From Rhodospirillales bacterium (GTDB lineage Bacteria > Pseudomonadota > Alphaproteobacteria > Bin95), in contig JAYQLI010000035.1 in assembly GCA_038143065.1 (NCBI GenBank), forward strand, positions 800,001 to 864,000: 64,000 bases of DNA, given 5' to 3'. Shown here piece by piece: positions 50,999-62,524 of this stretch. Below the pieces are notes generated by a model. It saw only the letters and a program-made list of their open reading frames with translations. It was not told where the DNA came from and searched no databases. Within the stretch, counting starts at the first letter, position 1. Each line of letters opens with the position of its first letter. The position numbers were made by a program, and so were the translations under genes.

Positions 50999-52370
50999 CT
51001 AATTTTGCAGATTGGTGCCGAAAGCCCGGTTTTGCACTGCTTTTAAATGTTGATCAGGATCGTATGTCGGTACATCGAGCGTTAAATCGGCAGCTGATAA
51101 ACCACCAACGGCCTTATGCAAAGTTAAAATTGCAACATACTCATCGCGGCTTGCTTTCACCGTGTTCACCCGAGAATCAAGCAAATCCTGCTCTGCATCC
51201 AAGATATCTAGAACTGTCCGTGTACCAACTAAAGCTTCTTGCTGCACACCCTCTAACGCTATCTCATTTGCGCGTATTTCCGTTTCCAGCGACTTAATGC
51301 GAGATCGCGTTGCCGCCAGTTGTTCCCATCCCTTAGTGGCTTCTTCAATTGATTGACGGCGAGCGTCTTCAACCTGAAGTAGTTTTTGTGATTGCGATTG
51401 CTTGGCTGCACGCACTCGGCTTGAAACTGATCCAGATTGGTAGAGAGGAACGGAAACTTTAAAAATAGCCTTTGCACTCAATGTTGAATCAACTGCGCGG
51501 CTCGTTTCAAAAGATTGCTGAACTTCCCCGTTAAGCGACACTATCGGGGATAATTCACCCAAAACTAAATCAATAGAATGGCGAGCCGACTCATGAACAC
51601 TAAGAGCGTTGCGCACATTTGGGTTATTTTTTAGAAGCTCTTTCTAATGCCACCTGCAAATTTTGTGGTGTGCCAGAAATAGAACCTGGCTGGGTTAAAT
51701 TTAAGGGCGGCTCCCCAACTTGCCGAGCATATGAAGCGCGGGAGACTTCAAGATTTCCAAATGCTGTTTGCCGATCCGCCCGCGCACGAGCAAGGCGCGC
51801 CTCCGCTTGCGCGACGTCTGTGCGAGTAACCTCACCAACGCTGAAGCGGTCTTTGTAGCCTCAAGCTGACGCTCTAATACTTTAATGTTGTTTTCATTAA
51901 GCTCAAGAACTGCCTGATCACGAAGTACATCCATGTAGGCCGTACCCACCGCCAGAAGCACCTCCTGCTCTTTCTTGTCTAATAAAGCACGCGCAGCCTG
52001 TACCTCAGCGGTTGCACGTTTTACATCGGCGTCCGTGCGCCCTCCGCGGTAAATTGGTTGCGAAGCTTCGGTAAGGATAGCCGTTGGCATGATTGTATCA
52101 GAGCCACTGCCATTAGACTTAAGATCCTGATCGATATATTGCGCCCCAGAGCTTGCCGATGCTGAAATTGTTGGCCGCAAACCTGCTTTGGCCTGCGCAA
52201 CACCTTCGTCAATTGAGCGGAGACGTGCCCGCTCTGCAGCTAACGCTGGATTAGTTGAGTAGGCTTTAGCCCATGCTTCTTTCAAGCTTTCGGATGAAGA
52301 AATGCTGGGAACCATGAGCGCCGATATTGAAAACCGCTGCAGCGCAAAGAACTTTTAATTTTTTTGTCAT
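50999..52370 (-). CDS. tolC: TolC family outer membrane protein, frameshifted
   Basis: AY..NP.L.A.R; EALVGTRTVLDILDAEQ; lies between pcm and popZ. Confidence 0.9.
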
Positions 52371-52392
52371 TTTGCTTATCGGCTCCATTAGG

Positions 52393-53055
52393 TCAAAAAC
52401 TAAATTCTGGTGCCGACGCAAAACCAGGCAATACGGGAGTCGTTCCATCAAATACCTCGCGCCGAGCAATTGAGTCACCGCGCTTGAGATACAGACCACC
52501 ACGCTGCACATTAGACGCTCCCGTTTCCATCGCAACTAAACGACCCCCCTCGGCCAGCTGCGCTAAAAGGGTATTCGGCCTGCCGTCAACAGCACCCTCA
52601 ACAAAAATAACGTCGTAGGGTGCCTGACCGGCCCAACCTTTGGTCAATTCACCATTCTCAATAACAACGGTGTCCGATGCTCCATCTATACCAGCCATAG
52701 CAACAGCAGCGGCAGCGGCTAAATCCTCATCTTCCTCAAGTGCCACAACCGCACTAGCTAAAGACGCCAAGACAGCGGCTCCGTAGCCCATCCCGGCACC
52801 AACAACGAGAACAAGGTCACTATTGCGAACATCAGCAAGCTGAGACAAACGAGCGAATAACATCGGCTCCATCAACCACCGGTTAGCTGATATTTGCAGT
52901 GCCTCGTCAGCGTATGCAACTGACCTCTTAGCTAAAGGCACAAAGCGCTCTCGCTCAACCCGACGCATAACCTCGGTCAGACGCTCATCAACAACTTTAT
53001 TTGCACGCAACTGGTTCTCGACCATCTTATCGCGCGCACTTTCATTAACCGCCAT
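52393..53055 (-). CDS. pcm: Protein-L-isoaspartate O-methyltransferase
   Basis: ARDKMVENQLR; RERFVP; VGAGMGY; APYDVIF. Confidence 0.88.
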   Translation of the reverse strand: MAVNESARDKMVENQLRANKVVDERLTEVMRRVERERFVPLAKRSVAYADEALQISANRWLMEPMLFARLSQLADVRNSDLVLVVGAGMGYGAAVLASLASAVVALEEDEDLAAAAAVAMAGIDGASDTVVIENGELTKGWAGQAPYDVIFVEGAVDGRPNTLLAQLAEGGRLVAMETGASNVQRGGLYLKRGDSIARREVFDGTTPVLPGFASAPEFSF

Positions 53056-53142
53056 CTTCGGCGCCCCATCTTCTAGAAACAAAAATCATCTTCCACAGTA
53101 CTCTCGAAAGCTTAATTTCAAAAGCATGATTTAACGTGCCAC

Positions 53143-53171
53143 TTGACCGATAGCTAGCCTCCCCCTATCTA
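53143..53171 (+). promoter_or_regulatory. Sigma70-type promoter for the tRNA genes
   Basis: TTGACC-N17-TATCTA ending 20 bp before tRNA-Cys. Confidence 0.55.
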
Positions 53172-53191
53172 TCCGCGCCTATTGGTTAAAA

Positions 53192-53265
53192 GGTGCGGTG
53201 GCAGAGTGGTGATGCAGAGGCCTGCAAAGCCTTGTACAGCGGTTCGATTCCGCTCCGCACCTCCA
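53192..53265 (+). tRNA. tRNA-Cys(GCA)
   Basis: GGTGCGG/CCGCACC acceptor stem, CTGCAAA anticodon loop, GGTTCGATTCC T-arm, encoded CCA. Confidence 0.96.
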
Positions 53266-53352
53266 ATAGCCAATATGACGCTAAAATTCGTTAAAAAACC
53301 ATAGTTAAAGGTCTCGCCACACGAATAACACACTGCTATATATGTGTCATAT

Positions 53353-53427
53353 TCCGCGGTAGCTCAGTGGTAGAGCAATCGGCTGTTAACCGATCGGCCG
53401 TAGGTTCGAATCCTACCCGCGGAGCCA
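53353..53427 (+). tRNA. tRNA-Asn(GTT)
   Basis: TCCGCGG/CCGCGGA acceptor stem, CTGTTAA anticodon loop, GGTTCGAATCC T-arm, encoded CCA. Confidence 0.96.
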
Positions 53428-53434
53428 TTATTTA

Positions 53435-53470
53435 GGGCTCGGCTTTCCCTTGTGGGTGCCGAGCCTTCAC
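53435..53470 (+). terminator. Hairpin downstream of tRNA-Asn, likely terminator
   Basis: GGCTCGGC...GCCGAGCC inverted repeat; only a weak U-tract. Confidence 0.55.
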
Positions 53471-53626
53471 ATTCTACATTCTCTTATTTAGAATCCCCGA
53501 GCTAAAACAAAAATTCAAAGTCCTATAATTTTCCTTACAGGGTCTGATTTTTTAAATACGTTTACGATCTTAATTGACATCTAAGATGAATGCATTTTGT
53601 CTGTGCAATAGTTAGGAGCAGAGACA

Positions 53627-54775
53627 GTGCACCATGCAGAACAAATAATTCAGGCTAAGAGAATTTTTACTATGATCGACGAAGGCAAAACGTCGATGGC
53701 CGACAAACTTTACCAAAATCCAGTGGATGACTACATCTGCGAAAACCAAGCCTTGAAAGAATGGGAAAAATTATTTCTTGGAAAACCAATTGTCTTAGCC
53801 GCTTCAGCGCAATTAACGACACCTAACAGTTTCTTAACACATGATTTATCTGGTCTGCCTTTGCTACTAACGCGGGATAACCACGGCATAGTTCACTGCT
53901 TCTTCAACGTCTGCAGGCACAGAGGCGCCCGGGTAGCAAACGGAACCGGAACAGCAAAACGTTTTGTTTGCCCATACCATGCCTGGACTTTTGGAAATGA
54001 TGGAAGTTTGATCGCCCGCCCTGATGAGGGTTCTTTCTGTTCGTCTAGCCGGGATAATTTTCAGTTAACAGAATTACCCGTAGTCGAACGCTACGGACTA
54101 ATTTTCGGGGGACTGAAAGTGGACACCATCTTAGATGTTGATGCCGCACTAGACACTCTAGGTCCCGAAATTGGTTCCTACGAAATTGCAAATTTCGAAC
54201 ATTTTGAAACTTATGATTCTGAATGGAATTTGAATTGGAAATTAGCCATCGACACGTTTCTTGAGTCGTACCACTTCAATGTCCTTCACCATAAGTCAAT
54301 TCACCCAATTTTCTATCCAAATCTAGGTGCTTTTGACGGCTTTGATGACAATCTACGATTGTTTTTTATACGGCGAAGCATCAACGAGATGCGGAATTTG
54401 CCAGAAGACGAATGGAAGCTAGTCCCACATATTGCCGGAGTATATGTACTTTTCCCTAACACTGTTTTTGTGTGGCAAGGAGAACATGCAGAACTTTGGC
54501 ATGCATTCCCAATTGGAACAGGCCGATGTCGCTTAAGGGTAACAATGCTTGTCCCAAAGGCATCAAATAATGGAAGAACTGCAGAACACTGGAACCGTAA
54601 CTTGAAACTGCTACTGCGTACGGTAGAGGAGGAAGATTTCCCTGTAGGCCAAGGAATACAAAGAAGCTTTCGCTCAGGGGCACAATCTAGTATCACATTT
54701 GGCCAGAATGAGCCCGCGCTGCAACATTTTCATAAAGCCATAAAGCGATCACTTGGACTTAAAACTCCAAGCTAA
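53627..54775 (+). CDS. Rieske non-heme iron oxygenase alpha subunit
   Basis: CRHRG...CPYH Rieske motif; NWK...FLESYH...LH mononuclear Fe site; EED. Confidence 0.93.
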   Translation: MHHAEQIIQAKRIFTMIDEGKTSMADKLYQNPVDDYICENQALKEWEKLFLGKPIVLAASAQLTTPNSFLTHDLSGLPLLLTRDNHGIVHCFFNVCRHRGARVANGTGTAKRFVCPYHAWTFGNDGSLIARPDEGSFCSSSRDNFQLTELPVVERYGLIFGGLKVDTILDVDAALDTLGPEIGSYEIANFEHFETYDSEWNLNWKLAIDTFLESYHFNVLHHKSIHPIFYPNLGAFDGFDDNLRLFFIRRSINEMRNLPEDEWKLVPHIAGVYVLFPNTVFVWQGEHAELWHAFPIGTGRCRLRVTMLVPKASNNGRTAEHWNRNLKLLLRTVEEEDFPVGQGIQRSFRSGAQSSITFGQNEPALQHFHKAIKRSLGLKTPS

Positions 54776-54880
54776 TTTCATTAAAATAAATTAGTTTTAA
54801 CAGTATGTTACATTTGTTTTCCAACTAAACTTTTTACTATTCTGGCAACTTTTCATAAAGTTGTGCTCGACCAGACACAC

Positions 54881-55797
54881 CTATAGACCTTTTTGTGCAG
54901 GGTGTTCTTTAGCCCAGTGGCGCGCGATATCGACTCTCGGTGCCACCCAAACGTCATCAAATTCTGACACATACTTAATAAAACGCTTCAAAGCCATTGC
55001 TCGAGCTGGTTGGCCAATTAAGCGCATATGAAGCCCAACATTCATCAGTTTTGGCTCATATTCTCCTTCTGCATAAAGAAAATCAAAGGCATCTTTAATG
55101 TGTTGAAAGAACTCGTTCCCATTCCCAGAGTTACCACGGGTCATTTGGCCATCATTGTTTGTTAGTGAGTACGGGACTACCAAATGATTCTGACCAGATA
55201 CATTTAACCAATAAGGAAGATCATCGTTGTAACTATCTGAGTCATATAAAAAGCCACCATGTTCAAGTAACAGTCGCCGGGTATTTTCACTTGGTCCATA
55301 TCGGCAGTACCAGCCCTCTGGCGCCTTACCCAAAGTTTTCTTTAAGGACTGTACCGCTGTCGCGATCTGCTCCCGTTCTTCTGCTTCTGAAAGTTTATAG
55401 TGCTCAATCCACCGATACCCATGACAGCACACATCTAAGTTCGCAGCTTTTATTGCAACTGCCGCTGCGGGATTTCTTTCAATTGCGAGCGCACAAGCGA
55501 ATACCGTGTACGGCATTCCTTTGATTGAAACAAGCGATGGATGCGCCAAAACCCTGCCCTGGAGCCATATTCAAACATACTCTCAGCCGCCAGGTCTCGC
55601 CTATCAGATGGAACCGGCGAAACAGGACTTTCAGTATGGCCAGTTTCTGTTTTCCCATCTCCATCCAAGTGATTTGGCTCAGAGCCTTCTTCAAAATTCA
55701 GAACAAAATTAACTGCAAGTCTCGCTTTATTGGGCCAATTCGGATTGGGAGGATTACCACCATAGCCAATAAAATCACGCTTCAGATGATCACCCAT
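54881..55797 (-). CDS. PuuE-like allantoinase/polysaccharide deacetylase family hydrolase, frameshifted
   Basis: RDFIGYG..PP...WP..ARLAVNFVLNFEEG; ESMFEYGSRAG; HGYRW; YDSDSYNDDLPYW; GLHMRLIGQPAR. Confidence 0.85.
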
Positions 55798-55899
55798 TGA
55801 CTTCCTCCCCCTCAGTCCCTTGGTTGTGGTATGATGCCTTGCAAGAGCAGTATTTGGCCAGGCACATTTGCGCAAAACATCAACTCAGGAGCAAAACAG

Positions 55900-57006
55900 A
55901 TGAAACTTGGCGTTTTTTCAATGCCTTTACACAGGCCAGAAAAGCCATATGAGAAGGCGCTATCAGAAGACCGAGAGATGGTTTTGCTGTCTGAAAAGCT
56001 TGGCTTTTCAGAGTATTGGATGGGAGAACATTTTACTTCTAAGGTAGAACAAATTCCATCAGCAATGCTGTTTTTCTCAAGCCTTATTTCAGAGACAAAA
56101 AACATCAAATTTGGCACTGGCGTTGTCAATCTCCCACACCATCATCCTGGAATTGTTGCTGCCGAAGCTGCAATGTTTGATCAATTATCTGGAGGAAGGC
56201 TAATCCTTGGCGTTGGCCCAGGCGGACTAATTTCTGACGCCGAATTTTTTGGCGAGCATGATATGGAAACTCGCAACAGAATTATGCTTGATTATGTAGA
56301 GGCAATTAAAAAAATGTGGGCCTCTGATGAAGTTTTTAATATCACCGTGAACGATATTAATATGACTAACCAAAAGACTTACTGGCCGCGTCATGGACTT
56401 GGCCTCATTCCAAAACCAAAGCAAGTACCGCACCCACCTTTTGCTCTTGCAATGGTATCCGCCAGATCAGGAGCTGCTGCCGTGTGCGCAGAGCAAGATT
56501 TTATACCGATATCAGCGAATTTTATTCCTGAAGATGATGTTGCCGTGCAATGGCAAACCTATGCCGAAGCTAGAGCAAAGGTTGGTAAGCAAGCCGACCC
56601 TGCAATCTGGCGGGTAGCCCGTAATATTCTGATCACGGACACCGACGCAGAAGCCAAAACAGTTCTCGAAGATCCAGACGGCGATTTTGCTTTTTATTTT
56701 CGCTACCTACGTTCACTGCGTAATATGGGTGACTTGGACCTAATGAGAGACGAACCGATTGAGTCATTAAATGAGAGGCTCAATATCAAAGAGGCGATAG
56801 ACGCCTGTGCAATTGCAGGTTCTGCCCAAACTGTGTTGGATCGGTTAATCGCAATGTCAGAGAATACCGGGCCGTTTGGAACTCTCCTAGTAGCTGGACA
56901 AGACTGGGATGACAGCGGCCGCTGGCCAAAATCCACGAAGAAATTAGCAGAAGATGTGGCTCCAAAACTTGCTCAGCATCTTAAAACGCTGGAGTGCAAA
57001 TCATGA
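55900..57006 (+). CDS. Luciferase-like (LLM) flavin-dependent monooxygenase
   Basis: MKLGVFSMPLH; LGFSEYWMGEH; IKFGTGVVNLP; DQLSGGRLILGVGPG. Confidence 0.9.
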   Translation: MKLGVFSMPLHRPEKPYEKALSEDREMVLLSEKLGFSEYWMGEHFTSKVEQIPSAMLFFSSLISETKNIKFGTGVVNLPHHHPGIVAAEAAMFDQLSGGRLILGVGPGGLISDAEFFGEHDMETRNRIMLDYVEAIKKMWASDEVFNITVNDINMTNQKTYWPRHGLGLIPKPKQVPHPPFALAMVSARSGAAAVCAEQDFIPISANFIPEDDVAVQWQTYAEARAKVGKQADPAIWRVARNILITDTDAEAKTVLEDPDGDFAFYFRYLRSLRNMGDLDLMRDEPIESLNERLNIKEAIDACAIAGSAQTVLDRLIAMSENTGPFGTLLVAGQDWDDSGRWPKSTKKLAEDVAPKLAQHLKTLECKS

Positions 57007-58370
57007 AAGATAGTGTCTGGCACTTTGCAGAGCATGTGGCTGCAACGGATAAGGTAGATATTCCAGATTCAGCGATCAAAGCAGCAAAAATTTTTCTATT
57101 GGACACATTGGGTGTAGGAGTTGTCGGTTCAGCCGCACCGTTCGTTGATGAACTGATAACTGCAGCAGCAGCTGCAGGAGTGAGTAATTCTCGGTCTGCC
57201 CGAGTATTTGCAAGCGGTGAGCGCTCTCCCCTCCAGGCGCAGCACTTTTAAATGCATTTCAGATACATAATTCCGAATTCGACTGCGTTCATGAAGCAGC
57301 AGTTGTTCACCCTCTGGCCGTAATATTGGGAGCAATGACTGCCTTTTCCGATGCAGAAGGCGGCATTTCTGGAAGTGATTTCATATCAGCGATGATATTG
57401 GGGGTAGATGTTGCAGCAGGTTTAGGCGTTGCATCAAATTCTCCCCTTAAATTTTTTCGACCAGCCACTGCAGGTGGCTTTGGAGCCGCTGCTGCGTTAG
57501 CACGGTTAAAGGGCTTGGATGTTCAGGGAGTTGTCCGCGCCATGAGTGCGGCTTACGGGCAAATGGGCGGAACCATGCAGGCTCACACGGAAGGCAAGGG
57601 TTTACTGCCTATGCAGGTAGGTTTTAACGCTCGAAATGCATTGCTGGCGGCTGATCTTGCAGCTCTAAATGTTGATGCTCCAGAGAACATTCTAGACGGT
57701 CCTTATGGATACTACGCTAACTTTGAAGGTTCCTATGACCTTTCAGGGGTTATTAAGACACTTGGAAATATTTGGCGGATTACTGAGGTAGCTCATAAGC
57801 CATTCCCATCCGGTCGCGCCACCCATGGAATTTTGGATGCGGCACTCCAAGTCCAAAAGAAGCATGGCCTAAATTATTCAGACATCACTGCTGTACATTG
57901 TAAGGTTCCAAGCTTAACTCAAAGGCTAATTGGCCGACCCGCATTAGAGGCAATGACTCCCAATTACGCCAGATTATCAGGGCAATATGTAGTAGCGTCT
58001 GCTCTTATGCGCGGGACTGTTAATGTTGAAGATTTCTACGCTGAAGCGCTGAATGACCCGAAACGCTTAGAACTTGCAAAAAAATAATTATTGAAACGGA
58101 CGCTAACCCTGACCCCAATGCTCTCGCCCCAGTCAATGTAGCAATCCAAACTGATGACGGTAGCAGTTTTCAAATAGAGTTGAAAAAATCTACGGTAGCC
58201 CAAGCAACCCAATGACGCATGAGGCCCATTTATCGAAATTTAAGAGCAACTTCCAAGCGGCTCGCCCAAAACTCCCAGCCAGCCAAGCCGAAGAATTAAT
58301 AAAGGCTATCGATAATATAGAAGCAGTCGCAGATATGCGAAGCGTAATAGAACTGTGTGTTGCGTCATGA
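57003..58370 (+). CDS. MmgE/PrpD family protein, frameshifted
   Basis: FLLDTLGVG; EFDCVH...VVHP; HKPFPSGRATH. Confidence 0.88.
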
Positions 58371-59733
58371 CGAGCAACTACTTTTTACAGGCGGATCCAA
58401 GAACCATTTTGCAGGATTACCCTGTTGGTACTGCTTTCTTAGACGGGCCCGCGCGGCTTTCCAGAGATGAACTTCGGAATCTACAAGAAAGCCGGTTCTC
58501 TAGTGTCATAGCCCGTGCCTGGGAGGTTCCATTCTATCAACGCCGTTGGTCGTCTATAGGCCTCGAAAAGAGGACATTAAGGAGATCGATGATCTTCCCA
58601 AAATACCTACCTTTTCAAAAACTGACCTAATGGAGAGCGTAGAAGCCTATCCTCCATTCGGCGATTTTCATGGATTAGGTGATAATTTTTCTAATGTGGT
58701 ACTCCACACGACAAGCGGCACAACAGGAACCCCACAACCACTTTTTTTCGGCCCCTATGATCGAGAAGTCCAGAACGTATTATTGGCACGGGCTTACATT
58801 CTACAGGGAATGCAAAAAGGCGACGTTGCACATTCCGTTTACGGCTACGGAATGGTGAATGGTGGGCATTACGTTCGCGAAGCTGTCACTCATTTCACGG
58901 ATGCAATGTATATTCCAGCGGGTACAGGTCGCGATACGCCGACTTCTCAACAGATAGAAATGATGCATCGCTACGGCGCAACAGCAATTCTTGGTTTTGC
59001 TGACTATATAAAACGATTAGCGGACGCAGCTCTTGAGGTTGGAATCAAGCCTGGGGAAGATATTCCGCTTAAGATGATCTCAGGCCACATAGGCCAGGAA
59101 GATAAAGCGGCAATTTCAGAGGCTTGGGGCGGAGCTGCTGTCTACGATTGGTACGGTGTCGGTGATACCGGAATTATCGCTGGCGAAGGGCCATCCCACA
59201 ACGGGCTTTATGTTTGGGAAGACGCACATCTTATCGAAATTTTGGATCCAGAGACGGAAACAACTCTACCTGATGATCATACAGGGAACATCTGCGCAAC
59301 GCCGCTCTTCAAAACTGGTGTTTATCCAATAGTACGCTTCGACACTAAAGATCTCTCAAAATTAATGCCTCCTTCTCCAGAAAGCGGCATTAACTTCAAA
59401 CGCATGCCCGGTTTTCAAGGGCGAAGCGACAATATGGTGAAACTTAGAGGTATAAATGTTTATCCCACAGCTATCGGAACTTTATTAGATCAACACAGAA
59501 CAACCACAGGCGAATATATATGCCGCCTCACTCGGTCAGGATCGCGTGATGAGCTAACTGTGGTGGTGGAAACTAAAGAACTGGGGACTAATCTGACTCT
59601 TGAGATAGAAGCCATTTTGAAAAAAGGCCTTGGGGTTTCTGTTAAGGTTCAGCTTGTGTCCCCAGGTGAAACAGCGACTGACACACAAGTTGAAACTCGT
59701 CAGAAACCCATAAGATTAGTAGACTTAAGATGA
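58367..59733 (+). CDS. Phenylacetate-CoA ligase (PaaK)-like adenylate-forming enzyme, frameshifted
   Basis: VPFY; TTSGTTGTP P-loop; YDWYG; YPIVRFDTKD; GRSDNMVKLRGINVYP. Confidence 0.88.
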
Positions 59734-61047
59734 GTGGCGGCCAAACTGAAGAGTTAACCAGTTTATCAATCAAACAGCTTTGCCATCAGTATAGAAATGG
59801 TGAGAGTGACCCAGTGCGTGTCACGGAAGCTTATCTCACCTCAATAAGCAAAAAAAATGCAGCGTTGAATGCATTCATAAATACCACCTCTGAGCATGCT
59901 CTCCAAGCTGCCCAGGCTTCGGCACAGCGTTGGCAGTCAGGGCGTGCATTGAGCCCGATTGATGGGGTGCCGATCGCCATCAAGGACAACATTGATCTTA
60001 GTGGTTTTGAAACAACAAACGGCTGTAAATTTGGACCTGTTGCGCAGCAAGATGCTTATGTAGTCCAACGACTAAAAGCAGCAGGAGCAATAATCCTTGG
60101 CAAACTAAACCAACACGAACTTGCGCTTGGCACAACGACGAATAACCCACATTTTGGTCCATCGAATAACCCGGTTGGGATAGGAATTACTCCAGGGGGT
60201 TCATCTGGAGGTTCAGGCGTTGCTGTAGCAGCAGGTTTGGCCGCTGCTTCCTCGGAACTGATACAATGGGCTCAGTCCGAATTCCTGCCTCTTATTGCGG
60301 GTGTTTTGGCATAAAACCAACTTTTGGGGTGGTCTCTAATCAAGGAGTTTCCCCGCTTGCATTTTCCCTCGATCATGTTGGCCCTCTCACTCGGACCGCC
60401 GAAGACCTTGAGCTAATGCTTTACGCAATGACTAATGAGAGTTTTGACCTGACAGAATTTGGCATCGAGGGCCTCAGGGTTGGACGTGTGAGGCAAATCG
60501 AAGAAACTGAAATCCAAAATGATGTGTTAAATTCTTATCATAACTTTCTGCGAAGACTTTCTGACCTTGGGGCAAACCTCGTGGACGTTTCTTGGCCAGA
60601 ACTCAACATGACCAAGCTAGACTTGCTGGACTTTTAGTATCTGAAGTTGATGCAGCTTCAGCTTATGCGGACGATCTTGCATTTCGGCCGGAACGTTTTT
60701 CACCTGAAATACGAGCAATGATTTCTTATGGCCGAGACGCAAACCCTGAAAAAATAAAAATTGCTCGAGATTCCATCGCTAAAGCAGGTGAAAGCGTTAA
60801 CGCTAGTTTTAAAACGGTGGATGTTATCGCAGCACCCGCATCTCCAATTCCTGCGTTTAAATTTTCGACCCCAGCACCCGCTAATCAGGCTGACTTCACC
60901 GCACCCGCAAATTTTGCTGGTTGCCCGGCAATTAGTATTCCTGAAGGCAAAAATAAAAACGAACTACCACTGGGCGTTCAACTCATGGCAGCTAAAGGCA
61001 GAGATATCGGACTAATCCGACTTGTGCAGGCAATTAATATTTCGTGA
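59730..61047 (+). CDS. Amidase-signature family enzyme, frameshifted
   Basis: GVPIAIKDN; PGGSSGGSG; DTMGSVRIPA; LPLGVQL. Confidence 0.9.
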
Positions 61048-61049
61048 AG

Positions 61050-62432
61050 CTATTCAGCTGCACTTAAATTCACATTTAATAAGTCAGAAAATTGGCTCAT
61101 ATCTGCAATTTGAGAAACTGAAGATGCTGCAGTCAATAAATAATTTGCTTCCGGCGTCCCAAGAACGGGCGCCGCACATTCGTTGAATTTCTCCGTTAAT
61201 TCGCCCATCGACAAAGGATCGTCAGGATCCCCTTTACGGGTTTTACGGCGCGCAGAATGCACTCTACCACACTTTGTTTTAACACTAACTATCGCACCTC
61301 GTTTTAGCGGAAATGCGGCCTCTGCCACTGGATCCACTTCTAAGTTAACTTTCTGCATCAACTCACGAACCGTTGAGTTGGAAAGCCAATTCTTATCAAA
61401 AGCCTCGAAACGACAACCTGCACGACGAACAAGCGCAATCGAAACTACATAAGGAAGTGAAAATTGTGCTTCATAGGCAGTCTCAGGATCCCAATCGCCT
61501 GTAACCTTAATCGCAGTTTCGTAAGTGCCAACTTGAATCTGATCCACTTCTTTTGGATCGATAGTTTCATTACGAACAATTTCTAGCATTGCATCGATAG
61601 CCGCGAACCCATGACCACAGGAGCTGTGATTTTTCTGGGTAGTTTCCAGAATTGTCCAGCGCTCACCCAAGCTTGCAAGACCAGGACCAAAGTTAGCTGG
61701 TGTATCTGCAGCACCCTTTAGGGCGGCTGCAAACCCTACTTCGCCTTCAAGCATTTTAGGCGCTCCTTTTAGCCCTGCCCTAGCACCAAAAGCAGCGGTA
61801 ACCCCATTTTGTGCTGCCTGTCCTGCGTGCAAAGGTTTGAGCATTGCATCAGCCCTAAAAGCCTGCTGAAGCCCTGCTGCCATCGTCGCAACAGACGAAA
61901 TTGCATTTCCCAGCTGCTCTTTTGTTAAGTTTAGCGCAACCCCAGCACCCACCGCTGCTCCAAATGCACCAATAGTCCCCGTTGTATGCCAGTATGCATA
62001 ATGACCAGGGATCATAGCCGCACCGATACGGTTCGACACCTCATACCCAGCTATTATTGCAGCCAAAAACTGCTTGCCAGACACTCCTTCAGTTTCAGCT
62101 GCGGCTAATGCCGCTGGAATTACTACAACCCCAGGATGGTAAATTGCTTCCCTAAAAATATCGTCAAATTCGATGGAGTGACTTCCAATACCATTAATGA
62201 ATGCAGCAGCTCGCGGCGTCGCTTTCAATCCATCGGGAACCAAAGAGGCAGGTCCATGTCCGATTTCATGTTGTAACGCTTTTCGGAATTCTGGAGCTGG
62301 CGATGATGTGGCACCACGAGCGGCCACACCCAACCAATCTAAGAAAACTCGCTCTGCGGCTTTGAATACCTGTTCAGGAGCGTTCTTTTCTACATCTACT
62401 GCAAACGCTGCTAATTGATCCTGAACCGACAT
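61050..62432 (-). CDS. MmgE/PrpD family protein
   Basis: FLDWLGV; HSIEFDD...YHP; YWHTTGT; KPLHAG; AQFSLPY; KGDP. Confidence 0.92.
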   Translation of the reverse strand: MSVQDQLAAFAVDVEKNAPEQVFKAAERVFLDWLGVAARGATSSPAPEFRKALQHEIGHGPASLVPDGLKATPRAAAFINGIGSHSIEFDDIFREAIYHPGVVVIPAALAAAETEGVSGKQFLAAIIAGYEVSNRIGAAMIPGHYAYWHTTGTIGAFGAAVGAGVALNLTKEQLGNAISSVATMAAGLQQAFRADAMLKPLHAGQAAQNGVTAAFGARAGLKGAPKMLEGEVGFAAALKGAADTPANFGPGLASLGERWTILETTQKNHSSCGHGFAAIDAMLEIVRNETIDPKEVDQIQVGTYETAIKVTGDWDPETAYEAQFSLPYVVSIALVRRAGCRFEAFDKNWLSNSTVRELMQKVNLEVDPVAEAAFPLKRGAIVSVKTKCGRVHSARRKTRKGDPDDPLSMGELTEKFNECAAPVLGTPEANYLLTAASSVSQIADMSQFSDLLNVNLSAAE

Positions 62433-62524
62433 TAGTTCTCTCCTTTGTTACAAACAGACTACAATTGCAGGCTTGTCTTCGCCAAGGCATTCTTGTCGTC
62501 ATTCATTTCTAGGAGTTTCCCACC

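Noticed and set aside
50398-53055. pcm-tolC-popZ next to valS as a novel cluster
   Set aside because: This is a known conserved alphaproteobacterial gene order.
53353-53627. tRNA-Asn as attachment site of an integrative element
   Set aside because: No integrase, no duplicated tRNA 3' end in the window and no obvious compositional shift.
55829-55846. Sigma54-like TGGTATGATGCCTTGCA upstream of the LLM gene
   Set aside because: GG-to-GC spacing is 11 nt rather than 10.
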